A stretch of DNA of 64,000 nt from Dimorphilus gyrociliatus (taxonomy: Eukaryota; Animalia; Annelida). A model generated the notes under the pieces. That model saw only the letters and a list, made by a program, of their open reading frames with translations. It made no database searches and had not been told where the DNA came from. Where the stretch lies: NCBI GenBank assembly GCA_904063045.1, contig CAJFCJ010000021.1, positions 620,001 to 684,000 of the forward strand, in the 5' to 3' direction. Both the position numbers and the translations under genes were made by a program. This document shows positions 12,823 to 24,365 of the stretch, piece by piece (position 1 is the first letter of the stretch; every line of letters starts with the position of its first letter).

Positions 12823-13459
12823 GGCTCTCTTTGGCTCTTTTTTTACTCTTTTACTATTTAAATTCCGCCTCCCCGGAATCATAATCAATGTATAATTTCT
12901 TAACTTTTCACTTTTGAAAGAGAGTTTAGAAGAGAAGAAATGCAAACCTTTCAAATGTTTCCAGACTATTTCATGGCAATTTTTAATCAGAGACTTTTTT
13001 ATCGACCATGCTTAGCTCTAAGGGAAAAAAAAGCTAGATCGCGATGACCGTTTCTACCCCGTAACCATTACCTCCTGCGGCGAAAAAAATAGACTGGTCA
13101 AAAGCTTTGCGAACGGGGGAAAAGCAATCTAGTCCCTTTTCTCTCGTTTACCCTACAGCAAAACTATTTTCGTCCTATGAACAATAAAAGATAACAAGTA
13201 AAAACCCCCCATCCCCTCCCAACCCCCTCTCCCCTCAGTCCGTTTCCCCTCTAGCCTTTAACCTCTTCCCTCCAGTGCTCTCCGTCTCTCTCTCTCTCTG
13301 TTTCTTTCTCTCTCTCTCTCTCTCTCTCCACCCCTTTGCCGTTCTGTTTGCGTCCCCCTCAAACCATTTCTACGTCGTCCCCTCATCTTCTCTAACTCGT
13401 TTTGCTCGGTGCGCATGCGCGTACGAATCTTTTGCCATCACTCCAAGTTATTCAAGAGC
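12300..13459 (+). promoter_or_regulatory. CpG-rich promoter / 5' region of IRF2BP with CT tracts
   Basis: GC/CpG-rich island in AT-rich surroundings, immediately upstream of the IRF2BP ATG; (CT)n tracts near 12797-12822 and 13285-13328. Confidence 0.55.
13410..13421. promoter_or_regulatory. NRF1-type palindrome TGCGCATGCGCG
   Basis: Matches the YGCGCATGCGCR consensus, about 40 bp upstream of the IRF2BP ATG (13460). Confidence 0.6.
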
Positions 13460-16400
13460 ATGACTAGCAGGCGCCAGCACTGTTATCTATGCGATCTTCC
13501 AAGGACGCCTTGGGCGATTTTGCACGATTTTTCAGAGCCTGTTTGTAGAGGTTAGTAATAAAAATGTATAAATATATGAAAAATATTAAAAGAAAAGTTA
13601 TAATAATTACTTTTAATAGTCTTATTTCTCTATGTTAAAATTTTAAAAATTTGTATACGTTTCATGGATTTTATCTTAAAAAAAAGGGGAGAAATCATTG
13701 TCTCATCTTTATTATTATCTAGGACATTTGAATATATGGTACTTAAGATTTTTACATATATAAGTAACTAAAAAATGATTCCATTCAAATAAAAATTTAC
13801 TTTTTTCCCCACCCAATACGTTATCTTGTAAAACTTTCTTTTTCTTTTCCTTTTGCATTCGCTCTCTCTCTCTCTCTAGTTTCTTTAGTTTTCTTCTTAA
13901 GGGGATAAACACATATAAACCTATTGATAGTTTCTTTTCTCTTTTTTTTTACATTATGCCTAAAAAGAGTTACAATATTTGCAATGGATAGTTATAAAAT
14001 TTTTGTATATTTTAATTATTTTCCTATATAGTCTTGTATGAATAGATTTGGACTGTAGGTGAGAAAAAAATTGAACAATAAAACTAGATTTTCATGAGTA
14101 AAGACTGCTTTTTTTTTCCATTCTTTTCTCTGGTCTGCTTATCTTCTTTTTACTTTTTATTCATTCTGTTAAATATATATATAGATGTATTTGCTTTTAA
14201 TTAATAATCATATGCTTTAATATAGTTGTACGCTGAGATAAACAAACTTTTATTTAAAATTTATATAAATAAGATAAAGTAGGTTAAATTGAGAAAAAAT
14301 TATCAACAATTTTATATACTTTTAATGTTTTATACTATTAATAGAAACAATCGTTAAAAAAATATTATTAAGTTAACTAATGTTTGCTTTTAAAAAAACA
14401 AAAGGTAAATTAATAAGTTGTTATATTTTTTTTTAAAAAAACAAAATATTCTCTATAGTTGTTTTTTTTTTTCTTCTTTTCCCACTAATAAAAAGTACTT
14501 TATAATTATTATAGAACAATTGTATACTTTATGAGTTGGTATAAATTTTTTATAATAGAAAAAAGAAAAGTAAACTGTAGGCCTAATAAAGAGTCAATTG
14601 GTAAGAGAAAAGAGGAAGAATTGATGATAAAAAAATATTGATAAAAGTGTAATAATATAATGAGAATGATTGAAAAAGATATATAAATATATATGTAACA
14701 AGTACAGAGTTTGCCCTTTTTGATTATTATCAGTAATTTATTATAGAAACTTTTGCGATTTGGGTAACGCTTATCTTGAACGTGTCCTTTTTACAAATTA
14801 TGTGTGTATACGCACCGAGAAATATATATATATATATATATATATACATAATATTATTCATTCAAACTCTCAAAGGACCCACCCATAAGTATACTTAAAA
14901 TAGTGATCATTGTCTATTCCACGTATTTTAAATATCGATGAAGTTGTACCTTAAAAGTTATTATATCATAATAACACCCTTGTTTGTTTTCTAAAGCATT
15001 TCATATATGAAAAATCTATAGAATAGAATATATAACATTTATATATAATTTATTAGATAGATATTTTAACAATTACTTGTATAATGAATACTATTGTATA
15101 TACATATATACTGTATATATTCAGTTTATAGTGTATGCTAACACCGGAGGGGACATAGCAAGAGGGAGGGAGAGAGCGAGGGAGAAAAAGAGAAAAAACA
15201 CATTTTATAGTTTCCTTTTTACAAAAATTAAATGACTGTAAATAATTTGTGTGTTCATCGCTTTGGAAAATAATAATAATGGTAACAATAATGATGTTAT
15301 TTAAATGTAGGTTGTGTAAACTATGAGGGAACGGAAAGAATAGAGATGGTACTGCAAGCCGCAAGGCAAATGAAGAGGATGCACGAATTAAGTAAATCTG
15401 ACAGATGCCTGAATTTTCCTCACCCGCCCCTTCATCTCCTACAAAATCCCTTACCTCCTCCCGCACATCTTAATCCTCCGAAAAGAGACGAAGCTTACGA
15501 GATTGAAAAGGAAGTTATTCTAGCCCTAACTGCCGTTTCACCTTTCCACGTGCGATGTAAGGACGATTCAGCTGCAGTTGGACGAGCGTTCGCTTTCGAT
15601 ATCGTAAAATCTGGAGGTGAATGTAACGAATTGAAAATGTATGTCGAATATCCTATCGGTTCTGGTCAAGTATTCAACAACGCAGCATCACTCGTTAAAC
15701 AAATGTCTGACACGTCGAAATCGGATAAATTGAGCGTCTCCTCTGCCCTAAGGATGCTCGAATACGAGACGAAGCATTCGCCCAACGAATGGAAAACCTT
15801 GTCCGAATTACTCAACGACAAAGTTAGATTCTTTAAAGAGAGAGTCAGGTACGGAATAGAAATTACTCTTTTTTATTATCCTTACGATTATACATAAATA
15901 TTGTAGTTACTATAGAGATATTTCAATAGGGCAATTTTACAATTCACGTTCGACAGAAAATATAAAACATAGGGAAACATTTATTGTAGATCTAAAGTCA
16001 TATTTCAGTCGTTTGTTTTTAGCACGTATGTACTTAATAATTACATTTTCCCCCTCTCTGTTAAAATACGTAATCGGCAAACCCTATACGTAACGTGCTT
16101 TCTCCTATGGATAAAAAAAAACAGTGGCCTAAGGACGTTCTTTAACGCAGAAGCACTTATTTTTTTTCTCTCTGGTGAAACGCCCTCCAAGGCTAATTAA
16201 TTTTTAAGAAAGATAAAAGAAATTGAAATCAAAAAAAAAGCAAAATCTTTCCCTTGGCTAAACTGAAATATTAAAAAAAATACCAACATTATTAATATAT
16301 AGTCCTATTATTCAACTATTTATAAGTAATTATAATATACAAAAAGAAATCTGTACAAACTAAAGGCAAGAAGTACAGCAGGAATAACCGAAAAAACTTG

Positions 16401-17531
16401 AAAGTTTTTTTTTTTAAAAAAAACAAAGAAAATTGAAATTGTTATCATGAATATTAAAAATATTACGTTTAATATATCGGAATATGCTTGGCCTAATCTG
16501 CCTTTTAGTATATTATAGTATTCTCTACATTTTTAGATGTATATACAGTATGTGCGTATGTGTGTTTGTGTATTTGTTTCTTTTTCATTGTTGTTGTTGT
16601 AGTTGTTTGTCGATTTATTCTGTGTTTTTAATTGAAATTCCCTAGGACTCTCTTTCCGGATTTCGTGCATAAATGTAGGGACTTTTAAACAAGGGAGAAA
16701 GAGGAACAATTAGTCTTCTATAGTTTATTTTCATTCTTCCTGTTATTCCATTATATATATTGAATTTTACTTTCTCTTTAATTGGAACTTGAATAGTTAT
16801 TTCATACATTTATATGTTTTATTTCAATTTCTCTCTCTCTCTCTCTCTCCCTATTTATTCCTTATTTCATGGGTTGCATTACTTCCTGCTGCTACTTCCA
16901 CCCCCAGCTTCTTACCATTACATTTTCTGTCAAACTGAGATATTCGTATTACCTAATGCAGGTGGGCGACAAATACTTTTACAGTGGTTGCTGATGTATT
17001 GAATAGTAAAAAAAGGGAATTTTAAATGCGGTTATTTCTAGGTTTTTCTTTAAAAAAATAATATATATAAATGGAAAAATCATGTTAGCCGTCATAGTGT
17101 TACGTATAACGATCTCTTTTTCCTGCAGGAAAGAATTACTGCCATCGGCCGAATGTGCTAGGTATCTGGGTATAGCTAAAAACAGGAAACGCAAATCGGA
17201 AGAAGAGCCAACAACAACATCGAATATTACAGCATCAAGATCGCCGGAAGCCGAGTTACGCTGCACTGTCTGCGATAAACGTTTGGAAGACACGCACTTC
17301 GTACAATGCCCAACTGTTCATAAGCATAAGTTCTGCTTTCCCTGCTCTAGGGATTATATCAAGCAGCAGGGGGTCACTAACGAGATATATTGCCCGTCGG
17401 GTCAGAAATGTCCACTGTTGGGTTCCACCGTACCTTGGGCGTTTATGCAGAATGAGATTGTGACGATTATTGGAACGGATAGGCCTAAATCATCGTCACC
17501 AACCGATCTAAAGATAAAGAAAGAGAAATAA
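13460..17531 (+). CDS. IRF2BP: Interferon regulatory factor 2-binding protein family (IRF2BP / Drosophila Pits-like) co-repressor, 343 aa
   Basis: Exons 13460-13550, 15311-15848, 17129-17531 total 1032 nt, in frame. The N-terminal C4 zinc finger [26 protein letters not shown]|GCVNYEG is split by intron 1 and exon 1 is absent from the ORF track. Middle domain [26 protein letters not shown]; C-terminal C3HC4 [60 protein letters not shown]. Confidence 0.96.
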
Positions 17532-18428
17532 CGACAAATTGAAAAAGAATTTCCTCTTTTTTTTTCTAAACTTTTACTTGTCAGGCTTATAAATATTGTA
17601 TTGCATAAATCTACTTCTATATATACATACATAGAGAAAAGGGGGTTTCAACACCTATACGCATAAATATAAATGTATATACAAAGTAGTAAATACATTT
17701 ATATCTTAATATTATATATGTTTCAAATAGAATATATACAGCATATGAATTACTATGTTTTATATACATTGTATTAGTCAAGTATCGTTTGTAACAGACA
17801 AAAAAAACATATTGTTAAACGCTTTCTCTTCTTTTCCTTCTTCTTACTCTTCTTCTCCTTCTCTACGTTAATGTAACAATTTACTAATACTTTTCAAATG
17901 GTAAGGGAAAAGTTTATTCTCTTTGAAACTATTCAAATTTTTAATTCTCCAATCAAATGTTTACTTTTTCTTTAAAAATAGGAAGAGATATCGAAAACTC
18001 GAGGATATTAAGATTGTTTGCTGTTTATTCAGGATCTATATATCGCCATTAACGGCCCCTTATAAGTCGTCCTAATACGTAATAGTATATTTTATAAGTC
18101 AATACGGTTTGGTGCTATCCCTGTGGGCGGTATATAGGGGGACCGACTCGCTATGTCCAATAATTGCCCGTGCGATATTGAATTGAAAGGGAAAGAAACC
18201 AGCCAATTACTAGGCCTATAAAAATTCTGACCACACAATAACAGTAAAGGTTCCCAAGGGTCTTGTGCGGGAGGGTTTTTTTTTATGTAAATCATGCACA
18301 TTTTTACGCAATCCATAAATGTTAAATTCCAACTAAAGCTCTTATGTTTAGACATTAAGGACTAAGAAGTAAAAACAATATAATTTCATAAATTTTCATA
18401 AAATGAACAAAATTGAAGAATGAATGAA

Positions 18429-18461
<33 letters not shown>

Positions 18462-21400
18462 AAGAAAAATTCTTTTTTTTTTATTTTAGAAAATTGTAAA
18501 GAAAGAATTTTCCCTCTTCTTAGTGCTCTTTTATATTTTTGATAATGCCTTAAGGAAACAATTTTTTGACTATTAATTTCGTACTTTACGTACTAAAGTT
18601 GATATAGGATAAAAAAAATGAGTGGAAAAATAGTTTGTCTGTCAATCACAAACTGCAAAATGAAAAATTTTATTTTAATTTCCTTTTTCCCCTTAAAATT
18701 AATAGGAAAACAGAAAGAAAAGCAATTCTGAGTAAAACTCTTCATTTTCTCTTATTAATCTGTCTATCTACGCTTTTACCATATTTTAGAACCTTGTCAA
18801 AGCCAAAATACATACCGCAGTCGACAATATATATATATATATATACATTATGTACTCTCTTTTCCTCTACCACTTTGCTCTCTTGCTCCCTCTTCCCCCC
18901 TCCCCACTCTATTTATCTCTCCTTTAGCCTGTTTTATATTCACGTCATGTATATTACTTTTATACAATATGAAAAGTAAAGAAAAGGTGAGAATTTCATA
19001 AAAATTTTTCCATCATAAAATCACTTTGCAAGATTTTCATTCACCTCTTGCGCAATAATAATGGAAAGAGAAACGGCACGGGAGTTTTTATATTGGAAAA
19101 AAAAAGGAAAAGAAAAGTAAGAGGATCTTCTTATTCGTATGTAGAATTAATTGGACAAGTATCACACGGTAAAAAGGCCAAAAGGAAAAGAAAAACCAAT
19201 TCTCGATTTCTTCTTGAAAACGACGACTGGTCATTAATTAAACTGAGAGTCCGCGTAAATATGCTAATGAGCTCCCTAATGAGCGTATAGAGAAAATATG
19301 CATGACGTAAAACTGGGCGCACCTGGCGTTCGATTAGTACGGTTCGAACATGCAAACTTTCGTGCTTCTAATCCGTCGAACGTGCTGTCGAATACCTAAA
19401 AAAAAACTGCGAAATAAGACTGAAAAAACTTTTCGTGTCGAGTTACCCTAATTTTTGCACCTGGAAATCGATTTGTTAAAATATTTGAATAAATTCCATG
19501 TGTTTCTCTTTTAATTGAGTATTTATTAATAAACGTTCTAAAGGTAATTTCATCATGAATTAAGGCGATACAAGATAATAGCAATAATTAAATAAATATA
19601 AACTTAAACTGTTAAATAGTGAAAATATAAAAACTGGTATAAATGAAAATTTTATTTAAGGAAAAGATGAAGAAAGGGAAAGTGAAAGCAATAATTTGAG
19701 ATGAAATGAAAATAAAGGTATCTATAGGATCTCGTCCCCTTTTTTATTCATACATATAAAATTACGTAAAAAAAACATGGCGATCGAAGACAAAAACGTG
19801 ACAGTTTTTGAATAGAAGTGACTAGCGGTGGTAAAAAAATCAAATACGTTTGAATAAAAAACTTTCTAAAGCAATTTGATAGTTTAGATTGAATTTCGGT
19901 AAGCGTCACCCTCTCTTTTTTCTTCTATTCATTCATAGCCTCTGCCCCTTATACTATTTATTTCTCTCTCTCTCTCTCTTCTTTCATTTTACCTTCCCCT
20001 AAGCATCTATATTCCAACTCTTTATCACTTTTCTTTACAAGTCTCCCATTCGAAGAAAACCTTGGCGGCATTAAAATGCAAATAAAAGCAATTAACTGGT
20101 AGAAAACTTCCACATCACCGCCTCTGAGTTGACTAATTATTTGAACGCAGCTTTAGCTATATAAGTCCAAACCGACTTAACTGACAGGCTAATTCTCTTG
20201 ATATAGTAAGATGCTCGCTGAGAGATAGAGAGAGCAGAGAAAGAGAAAGGGAGAGGGAAAGAAGGCAACTTTTTACGTCCACGAAAGAAGATCAAAAACG
20301 GATAAAGAGCATTCACAGTTTGATAACAAAGAAAATATAAAAAAACTAATTACGTAATAATATTTAAGCTTCCCGCGTTATGTTAATTAATTAATTAATT
20401 ATTAATTAATTAACACAAAAAAATATTATCGTTTAAAAGGTAACAAAAGAACGTTATCAATTTATTGAATATTTACAATAGATATATATTTTTGTTATTA
20501 ACGTTATTAAATTTATGCTTCGGTTTAATAAATGGAATAAATCACAGCGCTTTCTCTTTGATCTTTTAAGTATATTTAGTATTAGTTTTATTTTAAGTAA
20601 CTCTTACTAAAATCAATCCAAACTTTTTCTATTCTTATATATACAGTATAACTTTAATATAAAAGATATAGTAAAGAATTGCGAATAATCATTATTTTGT
20701 CATTTTCTTTAATTATTATTAGATTAAATCAATTAAATCAATTATACTATCTAGTTTTTTAGTAGAATTTATCAAAAATTTGAAATGGAATTAATTTCAT
20801 CAACTTCGATTAATACCATTAACCTTTTCATTTTCTTACTCTTTATTCTCTTCTTGTTTTTCTTTTCTCTCTTCCTCTCAATCTCTTGTTTTATTTTACT
20901 GTACTTAAGCATAGAATGAATAACAAATGTAATTGTAACTAAATAAACTTAACAATACTAAAAGAGCATGCTTTATCTTCATACTCTTTTTATTCACTCG
21001 TTTATTCACTTTCTCTCACCATCTCCCTCCTTCTCTCCCACTCTTCCCCCTTTCTCTCTCTCTTCGTAGACCAATCGAAGAAATAACTTTTCATCAACTT
21101 TTTTCTTTTCTTTTACCTATTTAAAAAAATCAATGAACAGTAAAAACATTATGTGGGGGATATTTTGTAACATGACTGGTTCCGCTACGTTAATCTGATA
21201 GGATCTGTTACACTTATAAAATTTCCACTATCGCTCTTTTGGAGGCTCGTTTCATGTGTTTATATCAAATTTCTCTAAATAAAAAAAAACCTCATATATA
21301 CAAAACGTGTTTGACCTTAAAGTTAAAATTTTATTAGTTATAAAAGGTAACAATGTTAACACTTTCTATTTTTATGAACGATATTGAATCATTTTCATCA

Positions 21401-22800
21401 TTAAAGCAAATTTAATATATTCAATATTCAGAAACTAATGACGTTATTTTCATTATCATCATAGCTATCTGTACCATTATCGCATTTTTCTTCTTCTATT
21501 TCTTCTCTAGTTCTCTCTCTCTCTCTTTCTTTTTGCACTATCCTGTTTTCTTCTTCTCCTTCCTCCCCTCCTTCTCCTCCTACTTCTACCCCCTTCGCCA
21601 TTTAATTAGTTCATTAATTATTGAAGAGAAGCCCCCATTTTCCTCTTATTCGTAACAATACATAAATACAACTGGATATATTCTACATATGTAAATACTT
21701 TAGCTTTGATTGTGTTCTCTTCTTTTTCAAGTTTAGATTCTTTTATATCAGTTTAAATTGTCTCAAATCCTTTGCAATTAGAATAAGTACAGCGTGAAAG
21801 TTTGTTCCTTCGCTAAGCGTCTCACTCGGTCCAATAGGCCGATAACAAGAAATAAAGAAAGAACTATGGAAGAGAAGGACAAAGGGAAAAATGTATTTCG
21901 GAAAAAGTTTACAAGGATGATAATAAAGGAATTTGTTTTTGTTTTTTCTTTTTGAATCATTCTTAGGATAACGCTTGCATTTGAAAAAAGAATTTCCTGT
22001 TTTATAAATAGACGCCCCATCGCTTGACAGTGTGCAAGAAAACATAAATGCAATGAAGCGACGGCTGAATTGCTTGAGTCTATTCGTTCAAAGGTCAAGG
22101 TCTTTTATTTGTTAAAAAATATGAAGCTAGATTTAAATAGAGAAAAATAAGAGAGACTAAAAGCGGGAAAAGGAAATTTCCAAACCGACGCCCCCTAATC
22201 CTAAATTCCTAGCACATTCGACGGCCAAATGAAGTGACGCCGTCCTGCATTAAGTATTGTACTTTCAGCGTCGCTACGTCGGTCGAATACCTAATTTATG
22301 CCTACGACTCCGCTTTCGCTTATCCGCAAACTTCTACCGACGCCGTACGTGACTCGAAATACGCTATTCGATACGATCTAAGCTCCGTACCGCCGTTCCC
22401 GTTTGACCACGTGACCTACGGGGGAATAAGGAAAAAGCTAAATTAATATATTTAAACAATATTATTTGAAGAGTTTGTGAAAATTAACTTTTTAAATTAT
22501 AATAAAAAGCTGTTTATTACTTAAAAAAAAACAACAAGTAGTTCTAAGAGGGAGACAGAGAGAGAGAGAGAAAGGTGTACAAGAGGAGGGTGAAGGAGAA
22601 GAGACAGAGAGAAAGAGAGAGGAAGAGCGAGGAATAGATATATAGACAGAGAGAAAAGGAGAGAAAGAAAAGAGAAGACTATATGCAAAAAGGAAATGAA
22701 ACGAAATAGAGTGTATGAAAGTATGAGAGAACATGGAGGGAATTGAAGATACGAAGACGAAGCCAGACAGCAACGACGAAAAAAGGATAAAATTATGAGA

Positions 22801-22809
<9 letters not shown>

Positions 22810-22849
<40 letters not shown>

Positions 22850-22855
22850 GGGGGG
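22810..22855. repeat. (GA)n tract followed by a G17 homopolymer
   Basis: Directly visible; G run at 22839-22855. Confidence 0.95.
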
Positions 22856-24202
22856 AAGAGGGGGAGGTGGAAAGAGAAAGAGAGAGAGAGAGAAAAAAAC
22901 GTCACGTCTTTATAGGCGTCACGCGAGAATTTTATCGGGACGTGCTCGGAGTTCGATGAATGAGCACGGCGTCGAACTCGCACTCTCGTTCAGTGCGTTG
23001 TTATTATTATTATTATGTATTTTTCTTTTTGATTATTGTTAAAAATTTATTTGAAAAATGATTAAAGTATTAAGAAAGGATAGAAAATAGCAATTAAAGG
23101 AGACAAATTAAAAAAAACGTGAACTAGAACGGGAACGGGACGGCAGATAGATGCCCTTAGGCATCTAGTTGGCTTAGGCCTAGGGGCCATCTACGTGAAA
23201 TGCTCGCTTTTCGGAGACGACGCGCTAATTAGAACGGATCGGTCGAATGCGAGTTGAATTCAGAAATCGGTAAGGCCCCGAGTTTTTCGTCTCATCGTCC
23301 CCCGCCGATTGTTTCTATTTACGAAGCGTTTACATAGGCCTGAGGCAGTGAATTGGCCTCCCGGCATTTATTTCGTTAGGTGGCCAACTGTAATTAGGAC
23401 ATAAGTGTTCCTCTTTCAAAATAGCGACATCTATTGCCTGGTTATACCTATATAATAACACTTTAGGGCGAAAATCGTAGTTTTTGGATCAATTAAGTAT
23501 ATTTTAATGACGTAAGTTTTAAAACGCTAAATTATTCTAAATAGAATATAAAGTATTTACATTACCGTTTTATTTTGCAAACTAGTACGATCACGTGATG
23601 AGGTTTTCCAGTTAATTCTGTTGTCAGAGAGCCTATACGTGAGAAGGTTTTATTCTGATAAAACGCTTATTAATATGCAAAGGGACTATTTTGTATTTTA
23701 GTATTAGTTTGATTTCCATGCTTTGTAGCATAAACAGATTTTATAGCTGGAATCTTTTGCTTTTATTTATTCTTTTAATATAAGTCAGTTAGAAGGAAAA
23801 TATCACAAAACTCTTCAATTAATACTTTAAATCTCTTATTATTTCCCTTCTATTGCAGGTTATAACAGAATTTTTAGTGTGTGGTGTGTTTGTGTGTATA
23901 TGTATGTATATGTGTACTCGTACGTGTGAATATAGGTGCGTGCGCATGTATGGGTGTATATATAAACAGTATTCTAATACATCATTAATTCTTCTTCCGC
24001 TCAGTTTTAACGGTCGATCCAATCATATTAATATTCAATTACATAAATAAATTAATGAATCTATATATATATACATAGATATATAGCAATCCTATAATTC
24101 TTTATAGTTAATTAATAACTGTTACATAACTTGCCTTCCTCTTTTAATGCTGGTAAACAATTTCCCTTTTTATATAGCAAACATTTAATTTTTTCGATTA
24201 GT

Positions 24203-24212
24203 GCGCCATCTA
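24203..24212 (-). promoter_or_regulatory. CTCF-like motif TAGATGGCGC
   Basis: Perfect match to the YAGRKGGCRS core on the minus strand, between the IRF2BP block and ERI2. Confidence 0.5.
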
Positions 24213-24330
24213 TAGTATCTATAAATGATATATCTACAAATTTGTATATTCTATAAATGTAGATTAATTCTTTTATAGGTAATTTATAAACAGAAAATGT
24301 TCTTTTCTTCTATATATATCCATATATACT

Positions 24331-24365
<35 letters not shown>

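Noticed and set aside
15053-15466. Antisense or alternate-frame ORFs over real exons (also 1084..1284, 4074..4307, 7021..7308, 16979..17293, 48623..48904, 58343..58579)
   Set aside because: They are shadows of true coding exons, with no family motifs.
17532-17666. 44 open codons after the IRF2BP stop (readthrough extension)
   Set aside because: TAA is the least leaky stop, the peptide looks like translated UTR, and a run of this length can occur by chance.
19325-19352. tRNA / Pol III B-box-like GGTTCGAAC
   Set aside because: No cloverleaf and no suitably spaced A-box.
22234-22446. 70-aa ORF in the CpG patch (also 12308..12620 and 21743..22098)
   Set aside because: No recognisable homology or splice partners; stop-codon scarcity is explained by locally higher GC.
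22941-22997. HDV-like or hammerhead ribozyme
   Set aside because: There is no P3/P1.1, the extra hairpin lies after rather than before the last stem, and no CUGANGA/GAAA core is present.
23171-23179. GCCTAAGCC (minus strand) as a TTAGGC telomerase-RNA template upstream of the crossed stems
   Set aside because: The only telomeric array in the window is TTAGGG-type, the crossed stems lack the U-rich/A-rich triple-helix loops, and no H/ACA end is evident.
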